Assembly (NCBI GenBank): GCA_964291675.2
Contig: OZ219866.1
Coordinates: 2,336,001-2,400,000, forward strand
Length of the DNA: 64,000 bases
From: Alphaproteobacteria bacterium
GTDB taxonomy: Bacteria; Pseudomonadota; Alphaproteobacteria; MPNO01
Reading direction: 5' to 3'
Part shown: piece after piece, positions 40,098 to 49,921 of the stretch
Layout of the letters: every line of letters starts with the position of its first letter
Numbering within the stretch: position 1 is the stretch's first letter
Program-made: the position numbers and the translations under genes
Notes under the pieces: model-generated
The model's database searches: none
What the model was told of the DNA's origin: nothing
The model's input: only the letters and a program-made list of their open reading frames with translations

Positions 40098-41049
40098 GAA
40101 TTTTGCTCCCCGCCGCCAGATCGAGCTGGTCGGCGGCGTTGTAGTTGGCGTCGTACCACCAGGCGAGGTGGTCGCCATAGACCACCGGCGGCCAGCGCGG
40201 CGGGTTGCCGGGACCCGCGCAGCTCGGCACGCAGCGGATCTCGGCATCGAGATCGGGGCCGAAGAAATAGGGGATCGCGTAGCGCCGCCGCCCGGCCGGC
40301 GGCAGCGCGCGATGCGGGGTCGATTTGTAGCGCCCGTTGGTCCAGCGGTGCAGCATGTCGCCGGTGTTCACGACATAGGAGTCCGCGACCAAGGGAACAT
40401 CCTCCCAGCCGCCCGCTTCGCGCCGGATCTGGAGTCCGGGCACGTCGGACTGCGCGAGGAAGGTCAGGAAATTGACGTCGGTATGGGGCGCGATGCCGTA
40501 GCGCCCCTCCTCGCGCGCCGCCGGCGGGTAGTGCGAGAGCCGGAAGGAGAACTGGCTCTGCGTGAAATGGGACGCGAACCAGTTTTCGGGCAGGCCGAGG
40601 GAGAGGGCGAGCGCCGGCAGCAGGCTCAGCGCCAGCCGATCCACCGCCCCGCAATACTCCAGCAGGGCCTCCCGGAACCCGGGCAAATCCGCCGGCCAGC
40701 GGTTGGGTCCGCCGAAGCGCCGGGCGGCCAGCGGATCGTCCGGGTCGCGCTCCCGCTTGATGAAGAACGCCTCGTTCATGTCCGGCAGCGCGGCTTCGCT
40801 GGCCCGCGAGGTGCGCACGTTGTAGCGCGCCATCGCCATGTAGCCGTTGTTGTGCTCGTTCATCAACAGGGCGCGCTTGGCCTCCATGGGCTGGGCGTGG
40901 AACCTCTCGGCTTCCGCGAACGCCCTGCGGATGAGCTCCTGCTTCACGCCGTGGTTTACGACGATGAAGAAGCCCACATTCTCCAGCGTCGCCGCGAGCG
41001 CGCCCGCCACCTCGGCCCGGCTGCGCGACAGGTCGATCAACGGAATCAT
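40090..41049 (-). CDS. Isopenicillin N synthase family 2OG-Fe(II) oxygenase
   Basis: IPLIDL, GFFIVVNHGV, PHTD, VNTGD, STPHR. Confidence 0.92.
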   Translation of the reverse strand: MIPLIDLSRSRAEVAGALAATLENVGFFIVVNHGVKQELIRRAFAEAERFHAQPMEAKRALLMNEHNNGYMAMARYNVRTSRASEAALPDMNEAFFIKRERDPDDPLAARRFGGPNRWPADLPGFREALLEYCGAVDRLALSLLPALALSLGLPENWFASHFTQSQFSFRLSHYPPAAREEGRYGIAPHTDVNFLTFLAQSDVPGLQIRREAGGWEDVPLVADSYVVNTGDMLHRWTNGRYKSTPHRALPPAGRRRYAIPYFFGPDLDAEIRCVPSCAGPGNPPRWPPVVYGDHLAWWYDANYNAADQLDLAAGSKIHA

Positions 41050-41070
41050 CGTCTCGTCTCCTCGTTCCGC

Positions 41071-41220
41071 CGTCCTTCGATACGCCCCCTTCGGGGGCAA
41101 CTCAGGATGAGGAGAGATCGGTATGGCCCAATAAGGCGCTCCTCGTCCCGAGTAGCGGCGAAGCTGCGGATCGAAGGACGGCGCGCCGCGTCGGTTCCAT
41201 CCGGGACGCGCATGCTCTAG
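41071..41220. repeat. Family A palindrome (41071-41180) plus family C motif (41192-41220)
   Basis: CGTCCTTCGATACG..ACTCAGGATGAGG / CCTCGTCCCGAGT..TCGAAGGACG; C motif at the yciI-like stop codon. Confidence 0.85.
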
Positions 41221-41525
41221 CCCGTACCCTCCGGCGAATCGGCCGGCATGTTGAAGGTCCAGCGCCAGGGCCGGATCAGCGTGGTGTCGAACAGCCCCGC
41301 CCTGAAATAGGGGTCGCCGCGGGTGAACGCGAGCACCTCGTCATGGGACTCCGCCTCGATCACGAACATGTTGCCGGTCGACATGGACCCGTCCTCCGTG
41401 ACGGTCGGGCCGGCGAACTTGATGCGGTCGCGGAACTGCTCGATGTAGTCGTGCTGCGCCGGCCGGTTGGCCAGCCGCAAATCGTTGCGCCCCGGCTTGT
41501 CGATGTTGACGATCAGAAACAGCAT
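41217..41525 (-). CDS. YciI family protein
   Basis: DKPG..LRLANRPAQHDY, AGP, DPYFRAGLF. Confidence 0.85.
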   Translation of the reverse strand: MLFLIVNIDKPGRNDLRLANRPAQHDYIEQFRDRIKFAGPTVTEDGSMSTGNMFVIEAESHDEVLAFTRGDPYFRAGLFDTTLIRPWRWTFNMPADSPEGTG

Positions 41526-41554
41526 CGCTGGGATCTCCCGTCGCTTGCGGGGCG

Positions 41555-42325
41555 CTACGGCAGGCCGTCGGCCAGCTCCGGCGGCTCCTCGGCGAGCGCC
41601 TTCTCGATCTGCGGCGCCAGCCCGTCGACCGCCATCCGGTAGAGCTCCTCGCCGAGCTCCACCGTGGCTCCGCTCGGGTCGCCGCCGTGTCCCGACAGCG
41701 AGACCTGGCGCAGCAGGTAGTAGAAGAACAGCGTCTTGCCCCTGCCGCCGACCTTCTTCGCCTTCGCCATGTCGACCAGGTCGTCGCGGAAGTAGCGCAT
41801 GATCGAGGTCTCGACGATGTTGCCGTGCGGAATGCCGTAGCTCTCGTCGCCGTAGAACCTGCTCTGGATCTCGGGCGTGATGTCCCACCAGCTGAGCGCC
41901 TGGATCTTGAAGTCCGGATGCCGCACCCGGAGGTTGACCGCCGCGCAGTTCAGCGGATGGATGTTGGGCAGGTGCCCGTTGAGGAACAGGAGGCGCCGGA
42001 ACCCGGTCGCGTAGAGGCCGTCTGCGATCTCCTCGACCACCTTCTGGAAGGTCTCGGGGCTGAGCGACACGGTGCCGGGAATCCCGTCATGGCCGCCGGA
42101 ATGGCCGACCGGCAGCGGCGGCAGCACCGGGACCCCGGTGCGCTCCGAGACCCCGAGCGCGATGCGGTAGGCGACCAGGTAGTCGACGTTCATCGGCAGA
42201 TGGGGTCCGTGCTGCTCGGTCGCGCCGGTCGGCATGATCGCCATGTCCATGCCGCTGTCGACCAGCTCCCGCGCCGCCATCCACGACAGCTCGTCATAGA
42301 CGACCGGCTTGCCGCCGTTGGCCAT
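41555..42325 (-). CDS. Creatininase family amidohydrolase
   Basis: PTGATEQHGPHLP..D, PGTVSL, NGH, H...ETS. Confidence 0.9.
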   Translation of the reverse strand: MANGGKPVVYDELSWMAARELVDSGMDMAIMPTGATEQHGPHLPMNVDYLVAYRIALGVSERTGVPVLPPLPVGHSGGHDGIPGTVSLSPETFQKVVEEIADGLYATGFRRLLFLNGHLPNIHPLNCAAVNLRVRHPDFKIQALSWWDITPEIQSRFYGDESYGIPHGNIVETSIMRYFRDDLVDMAKAKKVGGRGKTLFFYYLLRQVSLSGHGGDPSGATVELGEELYRMAVDGLAPQIEKALAEEPPELADGLP

Positions 42326-42456
42326 GCCAAGACCTCCCCGTCCGGTCGGTTCCGGCGAGCAGGATAGTTGCGCCTTCCCGGCCCGGCCAGACGGCGCTTG
42401 CGGCGGCTCGCGCCGAGGGGCTATTGCAACGGCGCACGAAGGAGCGGGGAAGGGCC

Positions 42457-43692
42457 ATGCGGAACCTCAAGATTGACGGCGACCGGCTGTGGGCGTCGCT
42501 GATGGAGCTCGCCGAGATCGGCGCCACCGAGAAGGGCGGGGTGTGCCGACTCGCGCTGACCGATCTCGACCGCGCCGGGCGCGACCTGTTCGTCCGCTGG
42601 TGCGAGGACGCCGGCTGCACGGTGAGCGTGGACGGGGTCGGCAACATCTTCGCCCGGCGGCCCGGCCGGGACGACACCCTGCCGCCCGTGATGGCCGGCA
42701 GCCATCTCGATTCGCAGCCCACCGGCGGCAAGTTCGACGGCGCCTATGGCGTGCTCGCCGGGCTCGAGGCGGTCCGCACCCTCAACGATTTCGCGATCGA
42801 GACCGACGCGCCGGTGGAGATCGTCGCCTGGACCAACGAGGAAGGGAGCCGCTTCTCGCCGCCGATGATGGGCTCGGGCGCCTTCGCCGGGGTGTTCGGC
42901 ACCGAAGAGGTGAAGGCGCGGCCGGACAACGCGACCGGCGCGCGGCTCGGGGACGAGCTCGCGCGCATCGGCTACGACGGCGGCGCGCCGGTCGGCGGAA
43001 GGGAGATCGGCGCCTATTTCGAGGCCCATATCGAACAAGGCCCGATCCTGGAGAACGAGGGCAAGACCATCGGCGTCGTCACCGGCGCCCAGGGGCAGCG
43101 CTGGTACGAGGTCACCGTGACCGGGCAGGAGGCGCATGCCGGCCCGACCCCGATGGCGCTGCGCAGGGACGCGCTGGTCGCCGCCGCGCGCATGATCGAT
43201 GCGGTCAACCGGCTGGGCCACGACTTCCCGCCCAACGCCTGCGCCACCGTCGGCTTCGTCGAGTCGAGCCCGAATTCGCGCAACACGATTCCCGGCCTTG
43301 TGTTCTTCACCGTCGATCTGCGCCACCCGGACGACGCAACCCTGGCGGCGATGGACCGCCGGCTGCGCGCCGATTTCGCCGGGATCGCGGAGGCCGCCGG
43401 CTGCACCGCGGACATCGTCGATTTCTGGGACTTCCCGGCGACCGCGTTCGATCCGGCCTGCGTTTCCGCCGTGCGCGAGGCCGCCGGGCAGGGCGGCGTC
43501 GGCTGGCGCGACATCGTCTCGGGCGCCGGCCACGACGCCGTCTACATCGCCCGCATCGCGCCCGCCGCGATGATCTTCATCCCCTGCGAGGGCGGCATCA
43601 GCCACAACGAGATCGAGAACGCGACGCGCGAAGACTGCGCCGCCGGCGCCCAGGTGCTGCTCCAGGCGATGCTGGAGCGCGCGATGCACTGA
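42457..43692 (+). CDS. Zn-dependent hydantoinase/carbamoylase-family amidohydrolase (M20)
   Basis: GSHLDSQP.GG.FDG, NEEGSRF, EAHIEQG, HAG.TPM, SGAGHDA, SHNE. Confidence 0.93.
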   Translation: MRNLKIDGDRLWASLMELAEIGATEKGGVCRLALTDLDRAGRDLFVRWCEDAGCTVSVDGVGNIFARRPGRDDTLPPVMAGSHLDSQPTGGKFDGAYGVLAGLEAVRTLNDFAIETDAPVEIVAWTNEEGSRFSPPMMGSGAFAGVFGTEEVKARPDNATGARLGDELARIGYDGGAPVGGREIGAYFEAHIEQGPILENEGKTIGVVTGAQGQRWYEVTVTGQEAHAGPTPMALRRDALVAAARMIDAVNRLGHDFPPNACATVGFVESSPNSRNTIPGLVFFTVDLRHPDDATLAAMDRRLRADFAGIAEAAGCTADIVDFWDFPATAFDPACVSAVREAAGQGGVGWRDIVSGAGHDAVYIARIAPAAMIFIPCEGGISHNEIENATREDCAAGAQVLLQAMLERAMH

Positions 43693-43702
43693 GGGGAAGG
43701 GC

Positions 43703-44509
43703 TCAGCGCTTGCGCATCAGGAAGGCGCGCATGCGCTCGCGCGCCTCGCCGCTCGCGAAGCCTTCGGCCAAGGAGTCCATGCTGCGCTCGATCGCCTCGG
43801 CCAGCGGCAGCTCCTCCCAGTCGCGCAGCAGCGCCTTCTGCAGGCGGATCGCGGTCGGGCCGGCGCGGCAGATCGCGTCCACGGTGCGCGCGATCCCGGC
43901 GTCGAGCTCGCCCTCGGGGACCAGCGAGTCGACGAGGCCCCAGCGTTCCGCCCGTTCCGCCCCGACGGTCTCCCCGGTATAGACCAGCCGGGCCGCGCGC
44001 CCCCAGCCCACCAGCCGGGGAAGCAGTGCCGCCTCGATCACCGAGGGGATGCCCACCTGCACCTCGGGCATGCCGAACTTCGCGCTGCCGTCGGCCACCC
44101 GGAGATCGCAGGAGGCGGCGATTTCGAGCCCGGCTCCGAGGCAGTATCCGGCAAGCCGCGCCACCACCGGGACCGGAGCGGTGCGGATCGCCATGCACGC
44201 ATCGTGCAGCGCGGCGATGAACGGATGGGCGGTCTCGGGCGTGAGATCGACCATCTCGCTTATGTCCGCCCCGCCGATAAAGGCGCGCTCGCCCGCCCCG
44301 CGCAGCACAACGGCCCGCACTCCGGGGCTCTCGCCCGCCCGCCGGATGGCGGCGCCGAGCGCTTCGCAGCCGTCGCGGTCGATGACGTTGAGCTTGGCCG
44401 GGTTGTCGACGCAGGCGGTCGCGACACGCCCGCCGCACCGGTTGTCCGCGAACTGGAGATGGATCGCGCTCAACGCTCGGTCTCCATGGTGCCCGGCATC
44501 GTCCGGCAT
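43703..44509 (-). CDS. Enoyl-CoA hydratase/isomerase family protein (true start may be TTG at 44473)
   Basis: AFIGGADI, GYCLGAGLE, FGMPEV. Confidence 0.9.
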   Translation of the reverse strand: MPDDAGHHGDRALSAIHLQFADNRCGGRVATACVDNPAKLNVIDRDGCEALGAAIRRAGESPGVRAVVLRGAGERAFIGGADISEMVDLTPETAHPFIAALHDACMAIRTAPVPVVARLAGYCLGAGLEIAASCDLRVADGSAKFGMPEVQVGIPSVIEAALLPRLVGWGRAARLVYTGETVGAERAERWGLVDSLVPEGELDAGIARTVDAICRAGPTAIRLQKALLRDWEELPLAEAIERSMDSLAEGFASGEARERMRAFLMRKR

Positions 44510-44520
44510 CGTCCGGCATC
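44491..44520. repeat. 10-bp tandem repeat x3
   Basis: GCCCGGCATC GTCCGGCATC GTCCGGCATC. Confidence 0.8.
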
Positions 44521-44610
44521 ATATGGAGCGCGCCCCGGCGCCGCCACGATTGTTGCCCGCCACGCGACCCGCGGCACATACTCCGATGCGGAACGCCCAG
44601 GGAAAATTCG

Positions 44611-45297
44611 ATGCGCCTCCAGATCGGCCTCCTGCTCTTCCCCGACATCACCCAGCTCGATCTGACCGGACCCTACGAGGTCTTCACCAAGTTCCCGGAC
44701 ACCGACGTCCATCTGCTGTGGAAGGACCTCGAACCGGTCGCGGCGGCCGGCGGCATGCGGCTGTTGCCGAGCGCGCGCTTCGCCGACTGCCCGCCTCTCG
44801 ACCTGATCTGCGTGCCGGGGGGCGCGGGCATGAACGGGCTGCTGAACGACGCGGAGACGCTCGGCTTCCTGCGTCGCCAGGCCGACGGCGCGCGCTACGT
44901 CACCTCGGTCTGCACCGGCTCGCTGGTGCTCGGCGCGGCGGGGCTGCTGCGCGGCAGGCGGGCGACGACGCACTGGATGTCGCTGCCGATGCTGGCCGCC
45001 TTCGGCTGCGAGCCGGTGGCCGAACGCGTCGTCGTCGACGGCAAGCTGATCACCGGCGGCGGGGTCACCGCGGGGATCGACTTCGCCCTGCGGGTCGCGG
45101 GCGAGCTGTTCGGGGCCGAGACCGCGCGGCGGATCCAGCTCGCCATCGAGTACGATCCCGATCCGCCCTACGACTCCGGCTCCCCGACACGGGCGGACCG
45201 GGCGCTGGTGGGGGCGGTGCGCGAGGCCGCTTCGGCGCGCCAAAGCGAGCGCGAGGAAGCGGTCGCCCGGGCCGCGGCCCGGCTCGGCGAGGGTTGA
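44611..45297 (+). CDS. inhA: DJ-1/PfpI family, isonitrile (isocyanide) hydratase-like
   Basis: TQLDLTGP (Asp in place of the DJ-1 Glu), SVCTGS, ATTHW, GVTAGID, QLAIEYDPDPPYDSGSP tail. Confidence 0.8.
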   Translation: MRLQIGLLLFPDITQLDLTGPYEVFTKFPDTDVHLLWKDLEPVAAAGGMRLLPSARFADCPPLDLICVPGGAGMNGLLNDAETLGFLRRQADGARYVTSVCTGSLVLGAAGLLRGRRATTHWMSLPMLAAFGCEPVAERVVVDGKLITGGGVTAGIDFALRVAGELFGAETARRIQLAIEYDPDPPYDSGSPTRADRALVGAVREAASARQSEREEAVARAAARLGEG

Positions 45298-45335
45298 TCC
45301 TCGCGGCAGCGCCGGTCGGGGACGGGGAGAGGACG

Positions 45336-46091
45336 ATGCGGATCAAGCTCTGCCTTTCGACCGTGCTGATCCTGCTCTGCGCCGCAGGAGCCGCCCGCGC
45401 GCAACCCCAGGCGGTCGACCTCGAGCTCGCCTTCGTGGTCGACGCATCGGGCAGCATCGACGAGGCCGAGACCCGGCTGCAACGCCAGGGCTATGCCGAT
45501 GCGCTCGCCAACCCGCGCGTCCTGCAGGCGATCGGCAGCGGCTTCCTGCGCGCGATCGCGGTCGCCTATATCGAGTTCGCGGGCCTCTCCTGCGAGCGCG
45601 TCAGCGTCGCCTGGACGCGCATCGACGGCCCGGACAGCGCACGATCCTTCGGCGAGCGGATCCTCGCCTTGCCGCGCATGTTCTGTCCCGGCGGCAACGC
45701 CATCAGCGATGCCATGGCGCTTGCCGCCGCGTCGATCCGAAGCAACGGCTTCGACGGCACCCGCAAGGTGATCGACGTATCGGGCGACGGTCCCAACACG
45801 CTCGGCCTTCCGGTCGAGCTCGCCCGCGACGCGGCCGTTGCGGCGGGCATCACGGTCAACGGGCTGGTGATCGAGCGCCCGTCCATGCCCGACCTCGACG
45901 CCTATTACCGGGCGGCGGTGACCGGCGGCCCCCGGTCCTTCGTGATCGCCGCCAAGGACCGGCGGTCCTTCGCCGAGGCGATCCTGAAGAAGATGATTTT
46001 GGAGATCGCCGGACGCCATCCCACCGGCCGGCACGCGGCCGCGCTGGTACGAGGCGGCGGGAAGCGGCCTGACACGGGGAAACCGCCATGA
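45336..46091 (+). CDS. DUF1194 (vWA-like) exported protein
   Basis: Signal peptide; VDLEL..VDASGS, RKVIDVSGDG, ITVNGL. Confidence 0.9.
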   Translation: MRIKLCLSTVLILLCAAGAARAQPQAVDLELAFVVDASGSIDEAETRLQRQGYADALANPRVLQAIGSGFLRAIAVAYIEFAGLSCERVSVAWTRIDGPDSARSFGERILALPRMFCPGGNAISDAMALAAASIRSNGFDGTRKVIDVSGDGPNTLGLPVELARDAAVAAGITVNGLVIERPSMPDLDAYYRAAVTGGPRSFVIAAKDRRSFAEAILKKMILEIAGRHPTGRHAAALVRGGGKRPDTGKPP

Positions 46092-46408
46092 AGGCGATGG
46101 TGCTCCACGACCGGGAGAAGCCGTTCCGCCTGGAGGAGCGCCCGGAGCCGCGCGCCGGCATGGGAGAAGCCGTGATGCGGGTGCGCGCGGCCGGGGTGGG
46201 GCTCACGCTGGTCAACACGCGGCTCGGCCGGATGGGCGGCTCGCGCCACTCGACCCGCACCGAGCTGAACGAGACGATGGAGATCATGGCGCGCGGTCTG
46301 GTCGAGCCGGTGGTCGGGATGCGGGTGCCGTTCGAGGAGGTGGGAACCGTCTTCGATGCGCTCAGGAGCGAAACCCTGCCCGGCCGCGGCGCGCTGACCT
46401 ACCCCTGA
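46088..46408 (+). pseudogene. Internally deleted duplicate of the Zn-alcohol dehydrogenase at 49922-50947
   Basis: Both ends near-identical (10 mismatches in 321 nt by hand count); 705-bp in-frame deletion at CGGCTCGC. Confidence 0.93.
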
Positions 46409-46731
46409 GCGGGGGTTCCGTCGTTGCATACGGAATCAGGCAATAAACTTGCCATCACCCGATCCGCGGGCGCCGGGCCACACGAGCGTTATCACCATGG
46501 AATTGTCTCAAAGCGACCAAGGACTCTGGCGTCCATCGTTTCCCTGGGTGATAATCGAACGGTCAAGCCGGTTGCCGTGGTGGCTTGAGCGACCCGGCCC
46601 TGTCCGCCGGACTCTGCGGCCCACGCCAGGCTCTCGCGCCACGAACCGGGACAAATCCGACGGCGAGGCGTGGCTCGTCCGCGGCCAAAGCGAATTCGGG
46701 TTCAAGACCCGACAACCGATAGGGGGGTGAA

Positions 46732-47817
46732 ATGTCCAAGCGAGGTTGGGGTTCCCTGTTGCGGTGGGCCACTCTGCCGCTGATCGCATGCTTCTTTTTC
46801 TCGTCCATTCCGGCCCAGGCCGAAAAGATCAGACTGAAGATTGCGTCGGGCCATAGCCCGGGCTGGCATTTCATCGAGCTTGCCCAGGATTACTTCGTCC
46901 CGGAGGTGAAGAAACGGGTGAAGGAGCGTACGAGCCACGAGATCGAATTCATCGAGGGGTTCTCCGGCTCGATGGTCAAGGCGACCGAGGTCCTCGAAGC
47001 AGTCCAATCCGGGATCATCGAAGTCGGCGTGTTCTGCATCTGTCACGAAGGCCAGAAACTCTCGATCCACAACTTTCCCTACTACCTGCCGTTCGGGCCG
47101 AGCGACCCGAACATTTCGGTCAAGGCGACGCGCATCGTCTACGACAAGAGACCCGAGTTGAACGAGGTGTTCACCAAGCTCGGCCAGCGGGTTCTCGGAC
47201 TCATTCCCTTCGAGCCCTACGATATCGTGTCGCGGTTTCCCATCGAGAAGGCGTCGGACGTGAAGGGACGCAAGATTGGCGCCGCCGGCCCCAATGCCTT
47301 CTGGGTTGCAAAGGCGGGCGCGCTTCCGGTCTCGGTGGGCGGTCCCGACATGTACACCTCGTTCCAGACCGGGCTGATCGACGCCATGCTGATCTTCCCC
47401 GGCGTCATGGATACCCTCAAGCTCTATGAGGTAGCGCCCTACCTGGTAAGGGTTGCGATCGGCTCGATGACCGTCGTTCCGGTGACGGTCAACAACCGCA
47501 GGTTCAATCGCTTGCCCAAAGAAGTGCAGGACATCTTCATCGAGGTCGGGCGCGACATGGAAGCCAAGGCCGGGCCGTTCACCACCGAGCTCGTCGCCAA
47601 GATCCTGAAGGTGCTCAAGGAGAAGGGCGTCAAGATCGTGAGCGTGAGCGACTCCGAGCGCGAAGCATGGTCAAAGATGCTGGTCGATGAGCCGGCCAAG
47701 ATCGCCAAGAAATTCGAGGCGGAGAGCAAACTACCTGTCACCGAGGTCATGAAGGCTTATATCGCGGCCACCGAGTCACTCGGGCACAAATGGCCGCGCA
47801 AAGCCAACCTGGACTAG
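46732..47817 (+). CDS. dctP: TRAP transporter substrate-binding protein
   Basis: Signal peptide; VLEAVQSG, DVKGRKI, MYTSFQTGLID, FNRLPKEVQ. Confidence 0.88.
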   Translation: MSKRGWGSLLRWATLPLIACFFFSSIPAQAEKIRLKIASGHSPGWHFIELAQDYFVPEVKKRVKERTSHEIEFIEGFSGSMVKATEVLEAVQSGIIEVGVFCICHEGQKLSIHNFPYYLPFGPSDPNISVKATRIVYDKRPELNEVFTKLGQRVLGLIPFEPYDIVSRFPIEKASDVKGRKIGAAGPNAFWVAKAGALPVSVGGPDMYTSFQTGLIDAMLIFPGVMDTLKLYEVAPYLVRVAIGSMTVVPVTVNNRRFNRLPKEVQDIFIEVGRDMEAKAGPFTTELVAKILKVLKEKGVKIVSVSDSEREAWSKMLVDEPAKIAKKFEAESKLPVTEVMKAYIAATESLGHKWPRKANLD

Positions 47818-47944
47818 GAACGACCGATACCATGCAGAGAGGGCGGGGAGGCGTTGCACCGTCTCCGCCCTTCTTGCGCGCGCCCGGCCGCTCCTTGAGC
47901 GCCCGGCGGTTCTCTGGCACCGCGCGCGCTTGCAAGGGACTGCC

Positions 47945-48466
47945 ATGAGAAAATTCCTGCTAGGAGTAGACGCTCTTACGAAGGCGATGATGATCTTCAC
48001 GGCGTTCTGCGCCTTGGGCATCGCCTTTCTGATCCTCGTCGAGGTCTTCGCGCGCAATGCGGGCCTGCAATTCTACGGCGCCGCCGAGTACATTCGGAAT
48101 TTTCTCATCGTGATCGTGTTCCTCCAGCTGCCGTTTGCCATTCGGGTCCGCGGCATGCTGGTCGTCGATATTTTCGTCGATAGCCTGCCGAAGCGTGCGG
48201 CCGTCCCGGTTTCCATTGTCGGCGATTTTCTGGGGCTTCTCTTCTTCGGCGCGGTGGCGGCCGGCTCCTTGGATCCCGCCATCGCAGCGTGGGTAGAGGG
48301 CCAATACGAAGGCGAAGGCGTCGTCGACGTGCCGGCATGGCCGGCGAAGTTCTCCATCGTGATCGGATGCGGCATCGCCGCCTTCTACTATTACGTGCGG
48401 ATTGCCGAGACGCTCAGGTCCGGAGAGATGGCTTCGCGTTCCAAGGGAACGCCGCCAGCAATTTAG
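47945..48466 (+). CDS. dctQ: TRAP transporter small permease
   Basis: Four TM helices between dctP and dctM; EVFAR, PAWP. Confidence 0.85.
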   Translation: MRKFLLGVDALTKAMMIFTAFCALGIAFLILVEVFARNAGLQFYGAAEYIRNFLIVIVFLQLPFAIRVRGMLVVDIFVDSLPKRAAVPVSIVGDFLGLLFFGAVAAGSLDPAIAAWVEGQYEGEGVVDVPAWPAKFSIVIGCGIAAFYYYVRIAETLRSGEMASRSKGTPPAI

Positions 48467-48475
48467 GAGTGGGTC

Positions 48476-49837
48476 TTGGAAGCGGCCGCCCCATATCTGC
48501 TCGTTTGTCTGCTGCTATTGCTCGTCTTTGCCGGGGTGGAAATTGCCGTTTGCCTTGGAATCGTCAGCTTCTTGGCGATGTACAGTGCAACGCAGGATCT
48601 CGGTATTTCGCTGTCGTTCCTGAACAGCACCGCTTACGAGGCGCTGCGCCAATATCTGTTCGCCGTGGTGCCGCTATTCATCCTCATGGGACAGTTCATT
48701 GCGCAATCTGGTGCCGCAGCCGACCTATACCGGGGGATCGACCGCTGGCTACACCGCATTCCGGGTCGCTTTGCCTACGCTACCGTTCTCGGCAATGTGG
48801 TGTTCGCCTTCGTGACGGGCACGAGCCTCGCCTCGGCCACGACCTTTACCGCCATCGCCTATCCGCAAATGAAGGAAGCCGGCTACAACCGGCACTTTTC
48901 GCTCGGCCTGGTCAGCGGCAGCGCGTGCCTCGGCATGCTGATCCCGCCAAGCCTGCTGATGGTCGTGTGGGGTATTTTGACCGACCTTTCCATCGGCCAC
49001 CTTTTCATCGCCGGCGTGATTCCCGGATTCATACTGGCGGCGCTCATGATGGCTTACATCTTCGCAGTTACGCTGATTCGGCCTGACCTTGTCGGTCAAG
49101 GCAACGGTCAGGGACAGTCAGTGCCTGACGACGCCGATGCCGTTGCCGAGCATGGATCGGCGAGCACGCGGCCCGAGCCCACCTCGCTCGACATGACCAT
49201 CAGCTTGACGGGCCTGCTCGCGATAATGATCGGGGCGCTTGGAGGAATCTGGGTCGGGTTCTTCACGCCGACCGAAGGGGCCGGCATCGGCGCGCTCATC
49301 GCCCTCGTCGTCGGCATCGCGAAGGGTATGCGCTGGCCGGCAATCTATGAGACCGTTCTGCTCGCCGCCCGTACGGCCATTCCACTGATGATCATTGTTT
49401 TCGCCGCTCAGCTGTACTCGCGCACGCTGGCCATGAGCGGAATCGGGCTGACCCTGCAGGGCACGATCACCGGAAGCGGCCTGCCGGAATGGGGGATCGT
49501 TCTGTTCATGATCTTCATCTGGCTGGTGCTCGGCACGCTGATCGATTCGATCTCGATCATGCTGCTGACGGTGCCGATCTTCGGACCGGTTGCGCTCTCA
49601 CTGGGGATCGATCCGCTGGTCTTCGCGATCGTTGGGATCCTGACGATCGAGGCCGGTCTTCTAACCCCGCCTTTTGGATTGATCGTGTACGCGGTGCGGT
49701 CCGTCATCCCGACCGAGAACGTGTCCATGAAGGCCATCTTCGCGGGTTCGACGCCGTTTTGCGTCATTCTGCTGGTCACCATCGCCATCATCTTGACGGT
49801 GCCGGAGACGGTGACATTCCTGACGAGGCTGATTTGA
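48476..49837 (+). CDS. dctM: TRAP transporter large permease
   Basis: VPLFILMG, LGMLIPPS, FTPTE, LTPPFG. Confidence 0.92.
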   Translation: MEAAAPYLLVCLLLLLVFAGVEIAVCLGIVSFLAMYSATQDLGISLSFLNSTAYEALRQYLFAVVPLFILMGQFIAQSGAAADLYRGIDRWLHRIPGRFAYATVLGNVVFAFVTGTSLASATTFTAIAYPQMKEAGYNRHFSLGLVSGSACLGMLIPPSLLMVVWGILTDLSIGHLFIAGVIPGFILAALMMAYIFAVTLIRPDLVGQGNGQGQSVPDDADAVAEHGSASTRPEPTSLDMTISLTGLLAIMIGALGGIWVGFFTPTEGAGIGALIALVVGIAKGMRWPAIYETVLLAARTAIPLMIIVFAAQLYSRTLAMSGIGLTLQGTITGSGLPEWGIVLFMIFIWLVLGTLIDSISIMLLTVPIFGPVALSLGIDPLVFAIVGILTIEAGLLTPPFGLIVYAVRSVIPTENVSMKAIFAGSTPFCVILLVTIAIILTVPETVTFLTRLI

Positions 49838-49921
49838 GACTGCGATTCGCCGCGGCGACGACAGCCCAGCCCGGGGTTTCGCGTACCACCCCCACCCGCG
49901 TCGCGAAATGAGGGAACAGCG

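Noticed and set aside
47914-47934. Sigma54 promoter TGGCAC...TTGCA
   Set aside because: Spacing is 9 nt rather than 5 and it lies inside an operon
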